Position numbers and translations under genes: made by a program
Assembly: GCA_963663385.2 (NCBI GenBank)
Contig: CAXXXD010000004.1
Coordinates: 1,056,001 to 1,120,000 of the forward strand
From: Oceanispirochaeta sp.
Lineage (GTDB): Bacteria; Spirochaetota; Spirochaetia; DSM-2461
Reading direction: 5' to 3'
DNA length: 64,000 bases
Shown: piece after piece, positions 19,423 through 29,871 of the stretch
Layout of the letters: every line of letters begins with the position of its first letter
How positions within the stretch are numbered: position 1 is the stretch's first letter
The notes under the pieces: generated by a model
The model's input: only the letters and a program-made list of their open reading frames with translations
What the model was told of the DNA's origin: nothing
Database searches by the model: none

Positions 19423-20181
19423 ATGCCCTTTAAAATCCTGACAGTGTTTCTCGTGTTCTTTACCCTTTCTGCAGCCTATTCCGAGAGCGGCTTTTCTCTG
19501 AATCCGGTTGTAGACGGTGTGACCGCTGCGGCGTCGCTGGGGGTGTTCCTGCCCTCTCAGTTTCTCGATTCCGGATCGGAAAAAAACAGAGAACGTTCTG
19601 ATATTAACGGTTTTGACAGGCCCTTGATGTACGGTTACAGCGAGTCCCTTGATACGGTTGGAACGGTTATTTCCCTCTCGGCTCTGATGCTGCCGGGTGT
19701 GACTATGCTGGAGGAAAAGGGCCGGGAGAACTGGCTGACCTATGGGGTCATGTATACGGAAGCTTTTCTTCTGACAGCGGGAACCAAGGATCTGCTGAAA
19801 GGGCTGGTCCCCCGGAACAGACCCTTCAGTTATATGGATGACAGTATTCCCGGGGGAGAAGAGGATGATTACTATAACAGTTTCCCTTCGGGTCATACGG
19901 CTTATGCTTTTCTGGGGTCTACTTTTCTGACAACGGTTCTGCTCGAGGATTATGCCGCCTCTCCCTGGACGAAGCCCCTGATTGCGGGCAGCTACACACT
20001 CGCCGCGGGCGTCGCGGCCCTCCGGGTTGCGGCGGGCTGCCACTTTGTCAGCGATGTGCTTGCCGGGGCGGCTATCGGATCCTTCTTCGGATGGGTTGTT
20101 CCAACCCTTCATGTCAGCGATGACAGGGCGATTGCGATTGCGCCCTTATATAACGGATTAACTTTTACATACTACTATTAG
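19423..20181 (+). CDS. PAP2 family phosphatase
   Basis: KGLVPRNRP, SFPSGH, RVAAGCHFVSDV; signal peptide. Confidence 0.9.
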   Translation: MPFKILTVFLVFFTLSAAYSESGFSLNPVVDGVTAAASLGVFLPSQFLDSGSEKNRERSDINGFDRPLMYGYSESLDTVGTVISLSALMLPGVTMLEEKGRENWLTYGVMYTEAFLLTAGTKDLLKGLVPRNRPFSYMDDSIPGGEEDDYYNSFPSGHTAYAFLGSTFLTTVLLEDYAASPWTKPLIAGSYTLAAGVAALRVAAGCHFVSDVLAGAAIGSFFGWVVPTLHVSDDRAIAIAPLYNGLTFTYYY

Positions 20182-20182
20182 G

Positions 20183-21013
20183 ATGAATCCAATGAAAAAA
20201 ATAACGGTTATGATCAGTATTCTGCTTGCACAAATGGTTCTGTCTGTTTCCCTTGCCGCCGAAACACCGGATAAGTATCCCACCCTGGGTGAATTACTAA
20301 TCCATATCGATCCCGATACAAGGGCAGTTCTGATGAATGAGAAAGAGGCTGTAGTTTTCCACGACGGCCCTCTGGTTCCGGAAGTACTTCCTTTCTCCGG
20401 GTTTACAGAGCCTATCAGGCAGGAAATTGCAGATGGCGGACTGACCCTGGGGATGGAGGGGCTGTATCTTCTGGGCGACCTGCCCCCGGGCTACCGGAAC
20501 AGTCCGTCCCGGGAGAGAACTCTGAAAATTTATAATATTCTGCGATCGGTAAGCACTCTCAAGGGGCTTGAGTATTATTCGGAAACGTCCAATAAAATGA
20601 AAACCCTTTTTGAGGACAGCTGGGCCATAGACGGTTTTGAATCGAAGAATAAGATACCTGATCCTCTTGTTTCGGAGCTGAAGCCTTATGACAGTATCTC
20701 GATTTATCAGAAGGATAACAGGTTTTCCAAAAACCAGTACACCATGTCTTTCCGGAATGAAGAAGCCAATCTCTCCACCAGTATAATCAACCACACCCCC
20801 CTTAAGGTCTCGGGGGTTATCAAAATGGTTGATCCGGAAGAAATGCAGATACACATTGCCATTATGCCCTATCAGGAGGGGCTGGCAGTTTATGTGATGA
20901 TGGCGGCCGCAACGGATACAAGATCTTTCCGCAGCAAGGCCCAGCAGTCTTTTGGCAATAGGGCTATCGCTCTGAAGAACTGGTTTGAACAGCGGATGGG
21001 CGAGGAGTTTTAG
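20183..21013 (+). CDS. Exported hypothetical protein
   Basis: Signal peptide; translationally coupled to the PAP2 gene. Confidence 0.6.
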   Translation: MNPMKKITVMISILLAQMVLSVSLAAETPDKYPTLGELLIHIDPDTRAVLMNEKEAVVFHDGPLVPEVLPFSGFTEPIRQEIADGGLTLGMEGLYLLGDLPPGYRNSPSRERTLKIYNILRSVSTLKGLEYYSETSNKMKTLFEDSWAIDGFESKNKIPDPLVSELKPYDSISIYQKDNRFSKNQYTMSFRNEEANLSTSIINHTPLKVSGVIKMVDPEEMQIHIAIMPYQEGLAVYVMMAAATDTRSFRSKAQQSFGNRAIALKNWFEQRMGEEF

Positions 21014-22107
21014 CGATCCACCCTTGCACCGCCGCCCCCGACAATCTTCTCTACTTCCGCGAGGCTGGCCATTGTGGTATCACCGGGCGTTGTCATAGCC
21101 AGAGCACCGTGAGCCGCTCCATAGTTAACCGCTTTATCCGCATCGTTGAAAGTCAGGAATCCGTAAATCAGACCCGAGGCAAAACTGTCTCCGCCGCCAA
21201 CCCTGTCCATAATTTCCAGACCGGGTCTATGTTCTGCTACAGAAATTTTTCCGTCATACCAGGATATGGCGCCCCAGTCATTGACTGTGGCGGTTTTAAC
21301 TCCCCTGAGGGTGGTTGCGGTGGCTTTGAAGTTGGGGTATTCCCCAATGGCTTTCTGTATCATTTTTTTGAAGTTTTCCGTTTCCAGATCGGTCAGGTTG
21401 TCATCGGTTCCTTCTACTTCAAAACCGAGACAGGCGGTAAAGTCCTCTTCGTTGCCGATCATAACATCCACGTATGTGGCAATTTCCCTGTTTACCTCCT
21501 GTGCTTTTGCCTCACCTCCGATGGCTTTCCATAGGGAAGGGCGGTAGTTCAGGTCGTAGGAGATAACGGTTCCGTACTTTTTGGCAGCCTTCATGGCTTC
21601 AATCACAACACCGGGTGTTGTTTCGGAGAGGGCGGCAAAGATTCCTCCGGTATGAAACCAGCGGACCCCCCGGGAAAAAATCCCCTCCCAGTCAATATCT
21701 CCCTCTTTAAGCTGAGATACTGCGGTATGCCCTCTGTCTGAGCAGCCTACAGCTCCGCGGATACCAAAGCCTCTCTCTGTAAAGTTCAGTCCGTTACGGG
21801 TTTCCCGTCCGCAGCCGTCGTACCCGGCCCATTTGATCAATCCGGTATCCACACCGCCTTGCAGAATCAGATCTTCCACCAGGCGTCCCACAGGGTTGTC
21901 TGCCAAAGCGGTTACTACAGCGGCGCGCATGCCAAAGCAGCGTCTTAATCCTCTGGCTACATTGTACTCTCCGCCCCCTTCCCAGGCCTGAAACTGCCGT
22001 GTGGTATGAATCCTTCCTTCGCCGGGGTCCAGCCGGAGCATCACCTCGCCCAGGGACAGTATGTCGTATCTGCACTCATCTGCAGGTTTAATTATAAGTT
22101 TTGCCAT
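21010..22107 (-). CDS. kdgK: 2-keto-3-deoxygluconate kinase (PfkB family), copy 1
   Basis: SLGEVMLRL, GGGEYNVA, SYDLNYR, DRVGGGDSF. Confidence 0.9.
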   Translation of the reverse strand: MAKLIIKPADECRYDILSLGEVMLRLDPGEGRIHTTRQFQAWEGGGEYNVARGLRRCFGMRAAVVTALADNPVGRLVEDLILQGGVDTGLIKWAGYDGCGRETRNGLNFTERGFGIRGAVGCSDRGHTAVSQLKEGDIDWEGIFSRGVRWFHTGGIFAALSETTPGVVIEAMKAAKKYGTVISYDLNYRPSLWKAIGGEAKAQEVNREIATYVDVMIGNEEDFTACLGFEVEGTDDNLTDLETENFKKMIQKAIGEYPNFKATATTLRGVKTATVNDWGAISWYDGKISVAEHRPGLEIMDRVGGGDSFASGLIYGFLTFNDADKAVNYGAAHGALAMTTPGDTTMASLAEVEKIVGGGGARVDR

Positions 22108-22320
22108 TGTAATATTTCCTTTCCCTTATTCTATCTGGAAATCAACTCCACGGCTTCTTTTACAAGTGCCGTTATTCTGTTCCAGTTGCCTTCCTCAATA
22201 TCGGCTGCTTTTCCAACCCATGTCCCTCCGGCACAGGGGATCTGGGGAATAGCCAGATACTCTTTCAGGTTTCCGGTGTTCACTCCGCCTGTGGGCATAA
22301 TATTAATCCCCAGGTGTTTA
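21010..22320. repeat. Direct repeat, copy A (kdgK plus 3' part of eda)
   Basis: Near-identical to 28774-30084 at an offset of 7764 bp. Confidence 0.95.
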
Positions 22321-22787
22321 TAGGGCGCAATGATATTTGACAGCATTTTTGTTCCCCCCATAGCCTCGGCGGGAAAGAACTTAACCATATGTATGCCAAA
22401 GTGCATTATCTGCTCCAGCTCCGAGGGGGTGCAGAATCCCGGGAAAAAAGGATATTCCGATTTTACCGCTTCCTCAACAATAACAGGATTAAAGCCGGGG
22501 GCTACTGCAAAGTCGGCGCCCGCATCAAAAGCCCGATGAAGATCTTCCGTATTGAGAACCGTTCCGGCGCCCAGAAGAAGATCAGGAAACAGCTTTGAGG
22601 CTTCTTTAATGATTCCCTCTGCCGCCTGTGTCCGGAATGTAATTTCCGCGGCCATCAGGCCGCATTCATTCAGGATTTCACACATTTTAACCCCGTCATC
22701 TACTTTCTCTATTGCCAGAACGGGGATTACTTTTACTTTGCCCATTTTTTCGACTATCTGATTACATTTCTGCTGATATGAATTCAT
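22131..22787 (-). CDS. eda: KDPG/KHG aldolase, copy 1
   Basis: EITFRT, GAGTV, KFFPAE, PTGGV. Confidence 0.92.
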   Translation of the reverse strand: MNSYQQKCNQIVEKMGKVKVIPVLAIEKVDDGVKMCEILNECGLMAAEITFRTQAAEGIIKEASKLFPDLLLGAGTVLNTEDLHRAFDAGADFAVAPGFNPVIVEEAVKSEYPFFPGFCTPSELEQIMHFGIHMVKFFPAEAMGGTKMLSNIIAPYKHLGINIMPTGGVNTGNLKEYLAIPQIPCAGGTWVGKAADIEEGNWNRITALVKEAVELISR

Positions 22788-22809
22788 ATAATTTCTCCTT
22801 AAATTATTA

Positions 22810-22946
22810 TTAGAATCCGAAATTACATTCGGTATAGCTGTATCGATTGTTTATTATTGCGATTCACGGTAGATTCAGATCCATGGGAATCGGCCCCTTT
22901 TCCATGTTCTTTCCCGGAAATCGCAGAGAATCTATCTGAAATATTC
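22810..22946 (-). pseudogene. uxaC: Decayed 3' remnant of uronate isomerase
   Basis: Reads EYFR*ILC / GKNMEKGPIPMDLNL ... FGF*, versus intact EYFRRILC..GRDMEKGLIPMDFNL...FGFR* at 30571-30710. Confidence 0.8.
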
Positions 22947-23006
22947 CGGGAATGGGCTTCCATCAAGAAACAGTTGAACTTTACATAGAAGACTTAAATA
23001 CCCGTA

Positions 23007-23756
23007 CTAGAAAAACATAGTACATTCACTAAAATATCTTTTATTATATTCTCTCCAATAATTTGTAGTATCAGAAAGCTTGAAGTACTGTTGATAATCC
23101 GTAGAAACAAGATCATTCATTCTTCTTAAACCGTTATTGAGATGTGAACCGAGGATGGGGAAAATTGCAGAGCTATCACCTTTCTTTATTGCTTCAATAA
23201 TTTTCTCGTGATCTTCGATTATTTCATGATATTTCAGGGTAACAACAAAATCCAGCATTCTAAACCGTATATATTCTACAAGCTGCATTTGTATCATTTC
23301 CCAGATATATTCACAGTGGGTTTCTCTAAACCAGATTTCATGAAGCTCACTATCTTTCTTGAAATATTCTTTTTCATCTACAACCGGTTGATCAACTATT
23401 AGTTTCTGAAATCTTAGATTATGTTCAAGTTCTTCAATTATAAAACAGTTAGGTTTGCTTTCGATAAAATCTTTAATCACCTGACTTTCAAGAATTACTC
23501 TCATATGGATTATTTGATATATCTTATTCAAATCCAGAAGAGTAGCTGTTACGCCTTTATAGGGAACAATATCCACCAGTCTCATATCACTTAATCTCTT
23601 AAAAGCGGATCTCACAGGAGGTCTGGTTACATTATATAAATCACATATCTCACTCTCAACAATCAGTTCTCCCGGTTTAATAATCAAATTTGTCAGTTTT
23701 GATTTTAAATCTTCAAATATTTTGTTGCTCAAATCATTCTGTTTCTTATTTGCCAC
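23007..23756 (-). CDS. GntR-family transcriptional regulator (FCD domain)
   Basis: wHTH (PGE..E..YNVTRPPVRSA) plus FCD; AT-rich. Confidence 0.88.
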   Translation of the reverse strand: MANKKQNDLSNKIFEDLKSKLTNLIIKPGELIVESEICDLYNVTRPPVRSAFKRLSDMRLVDIVPYKGVTATLLDLNKIYQIIHMRVILESQVIKDFIESKPNCFIIEELEHNLRFQKLIVDQPVVDEKEYFKKDSELHEIWFRETHCEYIWEMIQMQLVEYIRFRMLDFVVTLKYHEIIEDHEKIIEAIKKGDSSAIFPILGSHLNNGLRRMNDLVSTDYQQYFKLSDTTNYWREYNKRYFSECTMFF

Positions 23757-23825
23757 GTGTAAAATCCCTTAAAAAAGTTCTAGTTCGGGCAATATATCAA
23801 TACCCGAATCATATATTAAGTATTA

Positions 23826-24614
23826 TTATTTTTTTGTTTCTTTTATATTCATTTGCAGCGTTGCCAGTGCCTGCTGAAAATACATCATATCATTACCTAA
23901 AATAAGCATAGTGATACCACGATCTATTGCAGCTTTAATATCTTGAGGAGATGACGGGACAACAGGAGCAAGAATTCCAATTCCTCTTTTAGCCGCTTCT
24001 TCCTTTAAAAGTTTATATGCATCATTTACTCTATTATCATTAGAGTTATAGCCTACTTCAGCACCGATACTTAATGAATAGTCTACAGGACCGAAATTGA
24101 TAGCATCAATCCCTGGTGTATTGAGAATCTCTTCAATATTATCTGAGAACTCGAAATCTTCGTCCATGGGAATAACAAGAGTGTCTTCATTCGCTTTTTG
24201 CGTATATTCCTTCCATGAAAATCCCGGACCACCATAGTTTGCAGACCTTACACAAGATTCTCCTCCTCTTCTACCCTCTGGAGGGAATTTTGCGCCTTTC
24301 ATTATCTCATCAATATCATCTTTGGTTCTGCAATGGGGAACAATTACACCTTCAGCCCCCATTTCCAGGACTTTCCTGATTTCAACTTCATTTATATCAC
24401 TAACCCGAACTAAAGGAGAGACGCCGCTGTGTTTTGCAGCCAGGATCAATTTTTCCATATGCACTAACCCATCTAAAGGACAATGCTCAAGATCGAGATA
24501 TACAAAATCAAAACCATAATTTCCAATAGCTTCAACCGCAGCAACAGCTCCAGTATAGCAGACAACTCCAAAGACAGGACCATTTTTCATTTTTTCACGT
24601 AATTTCATCATCAT
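23826..24614 (-). CDS. HpcH/HpaI class II pyruvate aldolase family protein
   Basis: DLEH, LVRV, GAEGVIVP, PPEGRRG, GPVDYS. Confidence 0.85.
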   Translation of the reverse strand: MMMKLREKMKNGPVFGVVCYTGAVAAVEAIGNYGFDFVYLDLEHCPLDGLVHMEKLILAAKHSGVSPLVRVSDINEVEIRKVLEMGAEGVIVPHCRTKDDIDEIMKGAKFPPEGRRGGESCVRSANYGGPGFSWKEYTQKANEDTLVIPMDEDFEFSDNIEEILNTPGIDAINFGPVDYSLSIGAEVGYNSNDNRVNDAYKLLKEEAAKRGIGILAPVVPSSPQDIKAAIDRGITMLILGNDMMYFQQALATLQMNIKETKK

Positions 24615-24624
24615 TTCCTTATAC

Positions 24625-25905
24625 CTAAAGAAGAACCTGTGGCAGCCATAAACTGATAGCAGGAATAAAAGTTACTAATAATAAAATAACTATATTACAC
24701 ATTAAAAAGGGAAGAGCATCTTTGAACACTTCAATAATTGAAAGTCCGGAAATTTTTGCTCCCACATTTAAACACATCCCGACTGGCGGAGTAACAAGAC
24801 CGATAGCCAAACCAACCACCATGATGATGCCAAATTGTAATTCGTCCATTCCAATAGTCCTCATTACAGGCATTAGAATTGGTGCTATCAGTAAAATACA
24901 GGGTACAACATCAAGAAAAGTCCCTAACAACAATATAAGCAGATCAAACATCAACAATAGTCCCCAATAGGGAATACTCGTTGTCAGAACAAAGTCTGCA
25001 AGTTGTGTGGGGATCTGTTCTACAGCAAGAATCCAGGTGAAAATCATTGTAAATCCACCGATAATCATAATAGATGCTGTTATGATTGAGGTTTTCTTTA
25101 AACTTGATATTAAATGTTTACCTTTTAGTTCTTTATATATAAAAAAGCCTAAAACCAGTGCGTATAAAACAGCAATTCCTGCGGATTCACTTGCAGTACA
25201 TATTCCTACCGTAACTGTAACAAGAATCATTACAGGCATTAATATTGCCAGAATTCCATCTTTAGCAGTTTTCAGGTTTTCTTTTCTGGTACTAATGCTC
25301 TGATTCTTATGGTAACCATTCTTTCTGGAGATTATCCATGTGATAACCAATTGTGTCGCGCCAATCATAATTCCAGGGATAACACCGGCAAGAAAAAGCT
25401 TTCCCACACTAACTCCGCTTACCATTGCAAACATGAGCATAGGAATACTTGGGGGAATTATCATACCGACAGTTGATGATGCAACAGTAACACCTGTTGA
25501 AAAACCTTTTGAATACCCTTTCTCGATCATATCAGGAATTAAGATGCTGCCTAATGCTGATGTGTCTGCTACAGATGAGCCGGTAATACCGCCGAAGATC
25601 ATTGAGGAGACAACATTGACTTCACCTAACCCGCCTCTTAACGGCTTAACTAATAAAAGTGAAAAGTTTATCAATCTTCTTGTCAGTCCCCCATGATTCA
25701 TCAGTTCACCGCTTAACATGAATAAAGGCATGGCAATTATCAGGAAGCTGTTACATCCACTCCATATACGTTGCGGAAATGACATTAGAAAAGATGGATT
25801 TGTTAGCAAAATATATAATATTCCAGACCCCCCAAGAGCAAAAGCAATAGGCAGACCAATTATTAACAATACAATTAGAGCTGCAAACATTATTGTTAAA
25901 TACAT
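24625..25905 (-). CDS. dctM: TRAP transporter large permease
   Basis: GGITGSSVAD, IIPPSI, TPPVG. Confidence 0.92.
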   Translation of the reverse strand: MYLTIMFAALIVLLIIGLPIAFALGGSGILYILLTNPSFLMSFPQRIWSGCNSFLIIAMPLFMLSGELMNHGGLTRRLINFSLLLVKPLRGGLGEVNVVSSMIFGGITGSSVADTSALGSILIPDMIEKGYSKGFSTGVTVASSTVGMIIPPSIPMLMFAMVSGVSVGKLFLAGVIPGIMIGATQLVITWIISRKNGYHKNQSISTRKENLKTAKDGILAILMPVMILVTVTVGICTASESAGIAVLYALVLGFFIYKELKGKHLISSLKKTSIITASIMIIGGFTMIFTWILAVEQIPTQLADFVLTTSIPYWGLLLMFDLLILLLGTFLDVVPCILLIAPILMPVMRTIGMDELQFGIIMVVGLAIGLVTPPVGMCLNVGAKISGLSIIEVFKDALPFLMCNIVILLLVTFIPAISLWLPQVLL

Positions 25906-26423
25906 ATTGTAATTTCCTCTGGTAACTCGGAATCATCTGTATATCCAGTTTGAGCAGGTTTAATATCAATGAAATTATTTAATATATCTACCACGCAATA
26001 TAAAATGGTCAAACAGAAAGAGATCGGTACAACCGCGTAAAAAAAACCGGTTTTTATGCCCGATGCAGGAGATACTGTCGTTCCTACCACAGAAATCCAT
26101 TTTATTGAATATTGAATGATTACTGAGGAGACAAAAATAATGATAACCATTATAAGAATATCTACAATTTTACGTTTTTTTTCAGATAGAGAATCTTTAA
26201 ATATTGAAATTCCGATATGATGTTTTTCCCGAATACATAAAGCAGACCCTAAAAAAATAATGGCAGCAAATGCTATAGTGAGCAGTTCTTCTACTGAGCT
26301 GAAAGATAATCCGAACAGATATCGAAGTAATACTGTAAGTATAATCCCGATAGCAAGAACTGCTACAAGTGCTGATAACACAAAAGATAATACTTTATCT
26401 GTCATTCTTAGAATTTTATCCAT
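25896..26423 (-). CDS. dctQ: TRAP transporter small permease
   Basis: Four TM segments, VLLRYLF..EEL, located between dctP and dctM. Confidence 0.88.
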   Translation of the reverse strand: MDKILRMTDKVLSFVLSALVAVLAIGIILTVLLRYLFGLSFSSVEELLTIAFAAIIFLGSALCIREKHHIGISIFKDSLSEKKRKIVDILIMVIIIFVSSVIIQYSIKWISVVGTTVSPASGIKTGFFYAVVPISFCLTILYCVVDILNNFIDIKPAQTGYTDDSELPEEITICI

Positions 26424-26484
26424 AATAACCTCAAAAAGAAATCTTCAGAAAAACCTCAGTTAATCTGAAGATTTCTATTCATAA

Positions 26485-27495
26485 TTAATTTCGGGTCACT
26501 TCCAGAGCTTCATTCAATTCATCTTTTGAAAAAGCCCCACTATCAATAAATTCATCATATACATGCGCAACGGCTTCCCTGAAAAGGTCAGCCTCCTGCT
26601 CTGTAGGAGTATAAATCTGAACGCCGCTATCCTTAATAGTGTTGTAGAAGGTATTATCTGTTTCCAGGCGAAGCTCATTGATTTTTTCTGCAAAAGCCCA
26701 GGCTCCATCATCACAGATCTTCTGTAAATCAGCAGGAAGGCTATTATAGAAATCAAGATTCATACTGAGAACCTCCGGATGAAATTGATAATTAATAACG
26801 GTCATGTATTTCTGAACTTCATAAAATTTCATATCTACGATGTTAGCCATAGGGTTTTCCTCACCATCAGCTACACCGGTTTTTAATGCCATATACGTAT
26901 CTGCATAAGGAATTGAAACCGGATTGGCACCTAAAGCTTTCATACTTGAAATGATTGTCTGCATAGGAGGAGTTCTCAGCTTAAGTCCCTGCATATCTGC
27001 CGGACTTTTAATTTCTTTTATGTTATTTGTTATTTGTCTCGATCCTGCATTACCAAAAGCCAGAATTTTAATATTATTCTTCTCTGCATCTTTCATAATA
27101 GATTTTCCAAGATCACTTTTAGCAAGAGCAATCATATCATTCTGACTGTCAAAAAGAAAAGGCATTAATATCAGTGATAATTTAGGAGTTAACGCATCAA
27201 AGGGACCTCCATCGTATGCCTCGAGGGTTCCCATTTTCATCGATTCAATCATCTCAGGTTCTTTTCCCAGAACCCCCGCAGGAAAGACCTGTACTTCTAT
27301 CCTTCCAGCTGCTTCTTTTTCAACGTATTCTTTAAAAGCCAGTACAGCCTGATTCCTGGGACTTTCCGCTGAAAAAGCATGACCAACCTTAATGGTATAG
27401 ACCTTTTCTGATGAACTGTCTTCGGATTGACCATTTGCAAATACAGCACCGGCAGTTACTATTAAACCCAGCAACAAAACTAAAACCTTTTTCAT
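26485..27495 (-). CDS. dctP: TRAP substrate-binding protein
   Basis: Signal peptide, GLKLRTP, TGVADGEENP, KFYEVQKY. Confidence 0.92.
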   Translation of the reverse strand: MKKVLVLLLGLIVTAGAVFANGQSEDSSSEKVYTIKVGHAFSAESPRNQAVLAFKEYVEKEAAGRIEVQVFPAGVLGKEPEMIESMKMGTLEAYDGGPFDALTPKLSLILMPFLFDSQNDMIALAKSDLGKSIMKDAEKNNIKILAFGNAGSRQITNNIKEIKSPADMQGLKLRTPPMQTIISSMKALGANPVSIPYADTYMALKTGVADGEENPMANIVDMKFYEVQKYMTVINYQFHPEVLSMNLDFYNSLPADLQKICDDGAWAFAEKINELRLETDNTFYNTIKDSGVQIYTPTEQEADLFREAVAHVYDEFIDSGAFSKDELNEALEVTRN

Positions 27496-27552
27496 TTTCC
27501 CTTCCTTCTCTCAATTATTTGAGATTACAATCCCTTTATATTGAAAACTTAC

Positions 27553-28350
27553 TTATGCTGGCTGTTTACCTATATAAGCAAGGATTCCACCATCAACATA
27601 CAGAATCTGACCGTTTACAAAATCAGAAGCTCCGCTAGCTAAAAATACAGCCGGCCCCTGGATATCTTCCGGATTACCCCATCTTGCAGCAGGAGTTTTC
27701 GCGAGAATAAATGCATCGAATGGGTGACGTGAACCATCCTCGTTTCTTTCTCTTAACGGTGCTGTCTGTGGTGTTGCAATATAACCGGGCCCGATCCCAT
27801 TGCACTGAATGTTATATTGACCATATTCACTGCAGATATTTCTGGTTAGCATTTTAAGACCACCTTTAGCGGCGGCATAAGCAGAAACAGTCTCTCTTCC
27901 CAACTCGCTCATCATTGAACATATATTAATAATTTTCCCATGGCCCTTTTTAATCATACCGGGAAGTACAGCTTTGGAAACAATAAAAGGAGCATTCAGG
28001 TCAATATCAATGACTTTTCGAAAATCTTCAGCTTCCATTTCAATCATAGGAATTCTTTTAATAATTCCTGCATTGTTTACCAATATATCAACAGAACCCA
28101 GGTCTTCAGTAATACATTTAACACATTCCTGAACGGCTTTATCATCGGTTACATCACAAACATAACCTTTAGCATCGATTCCTATTTCGGAATAGGCTTT
28201 TAATCCTTTATCGACGAGGTCCTGATTAATATCATTAAATGCTATTTTTGCACCATTCTGGGCATACGCAGTCGCTATCCCAAAACCGATTCCATAAGAA
28301 CCACCTGTAATCCAGGCAACTTTTCCTTCCAGGGGTAATTCCTTACTCAT
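27553..28350 (-). CDS. SDR dehydrogenase, KduD/gluconate 5-dehydrogenase type
   Basis: TGGSYGIG, NNAGI, YAAAK, ends GGILAYIGKQP. Confidence 0.85.
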   Translation of the reverse strand: MSKELPLEGKVAWITGGSYGIGFGIATAYAQNGAKIAFNDINQDLVDKGLKAYSEIGIDAKGYVCDVTDDKAVQECVKCITEDLGSVDILVNNAGIIKRIPMIEMEAEDFRKVIDIDLNAPFIVSKAVLPGMIKKGHGKIINICSMMSELGRETVSAYAAAKGGLKMLTRNICSEYGQYNIQCNGIGPGYIATPQTAPLRERNEDGSRHPFDAFILAKTPAARWGNPEDIQGPAVFLASGASDFVNGQILYVDGGILAYIGKQPA

Positions 28351-28442
28351 CTTAATTTCTCCCTAAACATAAATAATAATCAGCAAATTTTATAAATCGC
28401 TTATTTAGAATTCACAACCCTTATCTGATACACAATCGATGA

Positions 28443-28456
28443 ATGTGATATCACAT
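28443..28456. promoter_or_regulatory. Palindromic candidate operator upstream of the cassette operon
   Basis: Perfect 14-bp palindrome ATGTGATATCACAT about 95 bp upstream of the SDR start. Confidence 0.5.
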
Positions 28457-28773
28457 ATGCTTAGGTTATATCAGAATTATAGATCGGTCAACTTTTTTAT
28501 TTATAATTTGTTAAATTTTTATCTTATCAGATTGCGGAATCCCCTCACTTTAATAGAGATCCGACAGATGCAGAATGAGAAGAATATGTTATGGATTAGT
28601 AAAGATTCATAGAGAGATTTAATCAGGAAGGGAGCTGGTAGAAAAAACCGTAATTTGTTCATTACTAGAGACTTAATAAGTGAATAAATTTGGTTTAAAA
28701 ATACCCGCGGAGTATCAGGAAAAATAGAAGAGATCCGATACTCCACAGGGGCTCAAGGTCTTAATAAAATAGT

Positions 28774-29871
28774 TTAACGATCGACTCTCGCTCCGCCGCC
28801 GCCTACGATCTTCTCCACTTCAGCCAGGCTGGCCATAGTGGTATCACCGGGCGTTGTCATAGCCAGAGCACCGTGAGCCGCTCCATAGTTAACCGCTTTA
28901 TCCGCATCGTTGAAAGTCAGGAATCCGTAAATCAGACCCGAGGCAAAACTGTCTCCGCCGCCAACCCTGTCCATAATTTCCAGACCGGGTCTATGTTCTG
29001 CTACAGAAATTTTTCCGTCATACCAGGATATGGCGCCCCAGTCATTGACTGTGGCGGTTTTAACTCCCCTGAGGGTGGTTGCGGTGGCTTTGAAGTTGGG
29101 GTATTCCCCAATGGCTTTCTGTATCATTTTTTTGAAGTTTTCCGTTTCCAGGTCGGTCAGATTTTCATCGGTTCCTTCCACCTCAAATCCGAGACAGGCG
29201 GTAAAGTCCTCTTCGTTGCCGATCATAACATCCACGTATGTGGCAATTTCCCTGTTTACCTCCTGTGCTTTTGCCTCACCTCCGATGGCTTTCCATAGGG
29301 AAGGGCGGTAGTTCAGGTCGTAGGAGATAACGGTTCCGTACTTTTTGGCAGCCTTCATGGCTTCAATCACAACACCGGGTGTTGTTTCGGAGAGGGCGGC
29401 AAAGATTCCTCCGGTATGAAACCAGCGGACCCCCCGGGAAAAAATCCCCTCCCAGTCAATATCTCCCTCTTTAAGCTGAGATACTGCGGTATGCCCTCTG
29501 TCTGAGCAGCCTACAGCTCCGCGGATACCAAAGCCTCTCTCTGTAAAGTTCAGTCCGTTACGGGTTTCCCGTCCGCAGCCGTCGTACCCGGCCCATTTGA
29601 TCAATCCGGTATCCACACCGCCTTGCAGAATCAGATCTTCCACCAGGCGTCCCACAGGGTTGTCTGCCAAAGCGGTTACTACAGCGGCGCGCATGCCAAA
29701 GCAGCGTCTTAATCCTCTGGCTACATTGTACTCTCCGCCCCCTTCCCAGGCCTGAAACTGCCGTGTGGTATGAATCCTTCCTTCGCCGGGGTCCAGCCGG
29801 AGCATCACCTCTCCCAGGGACAGTATGTCGTATCTGCACTCATCTGCAGGTTTAATTATAAGTTTTGCCAT
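28774..29871 (-). CDS. kdgK: 2-keto-3-deoxygluconate kinase, copy 2
   Basis: Differs from copy 1 by one residue in the translations (GTDEN vs GTDDN). Confidence 0.9.
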   Translation of the reverse strand: MAKLIIKPADECRYDILSLGEVMLRLDPGEGRIHTTRQFQAWEGGGEYNVARGLRRCFGMRAAVVTALADNPVGRLVEDLILQGGVDTGLIKWAGYDGCGRETRNGLNFTERGFGIRGAVGCSDRGHTAVSQLKEGDIDWEGIFSRGVRWFHTGGIFAALSETTPGVVIEAMKAAKKYGTVISYDLNYRPSLWKAIGGEAKAQEVNREIATYVDVMIGNEEDFTACLGFEVEGTDENLTDLETENFKKMIQKAIGEYPNFKATATTLRGVKTATVNDWGAISWYDGKISVAEHRPGLEIMDRVGGGDSFASGLIYGFLTFNDADKAVNYGAAHGALAMTTPGDTTMASLAEVEKIVGGGGARVDR

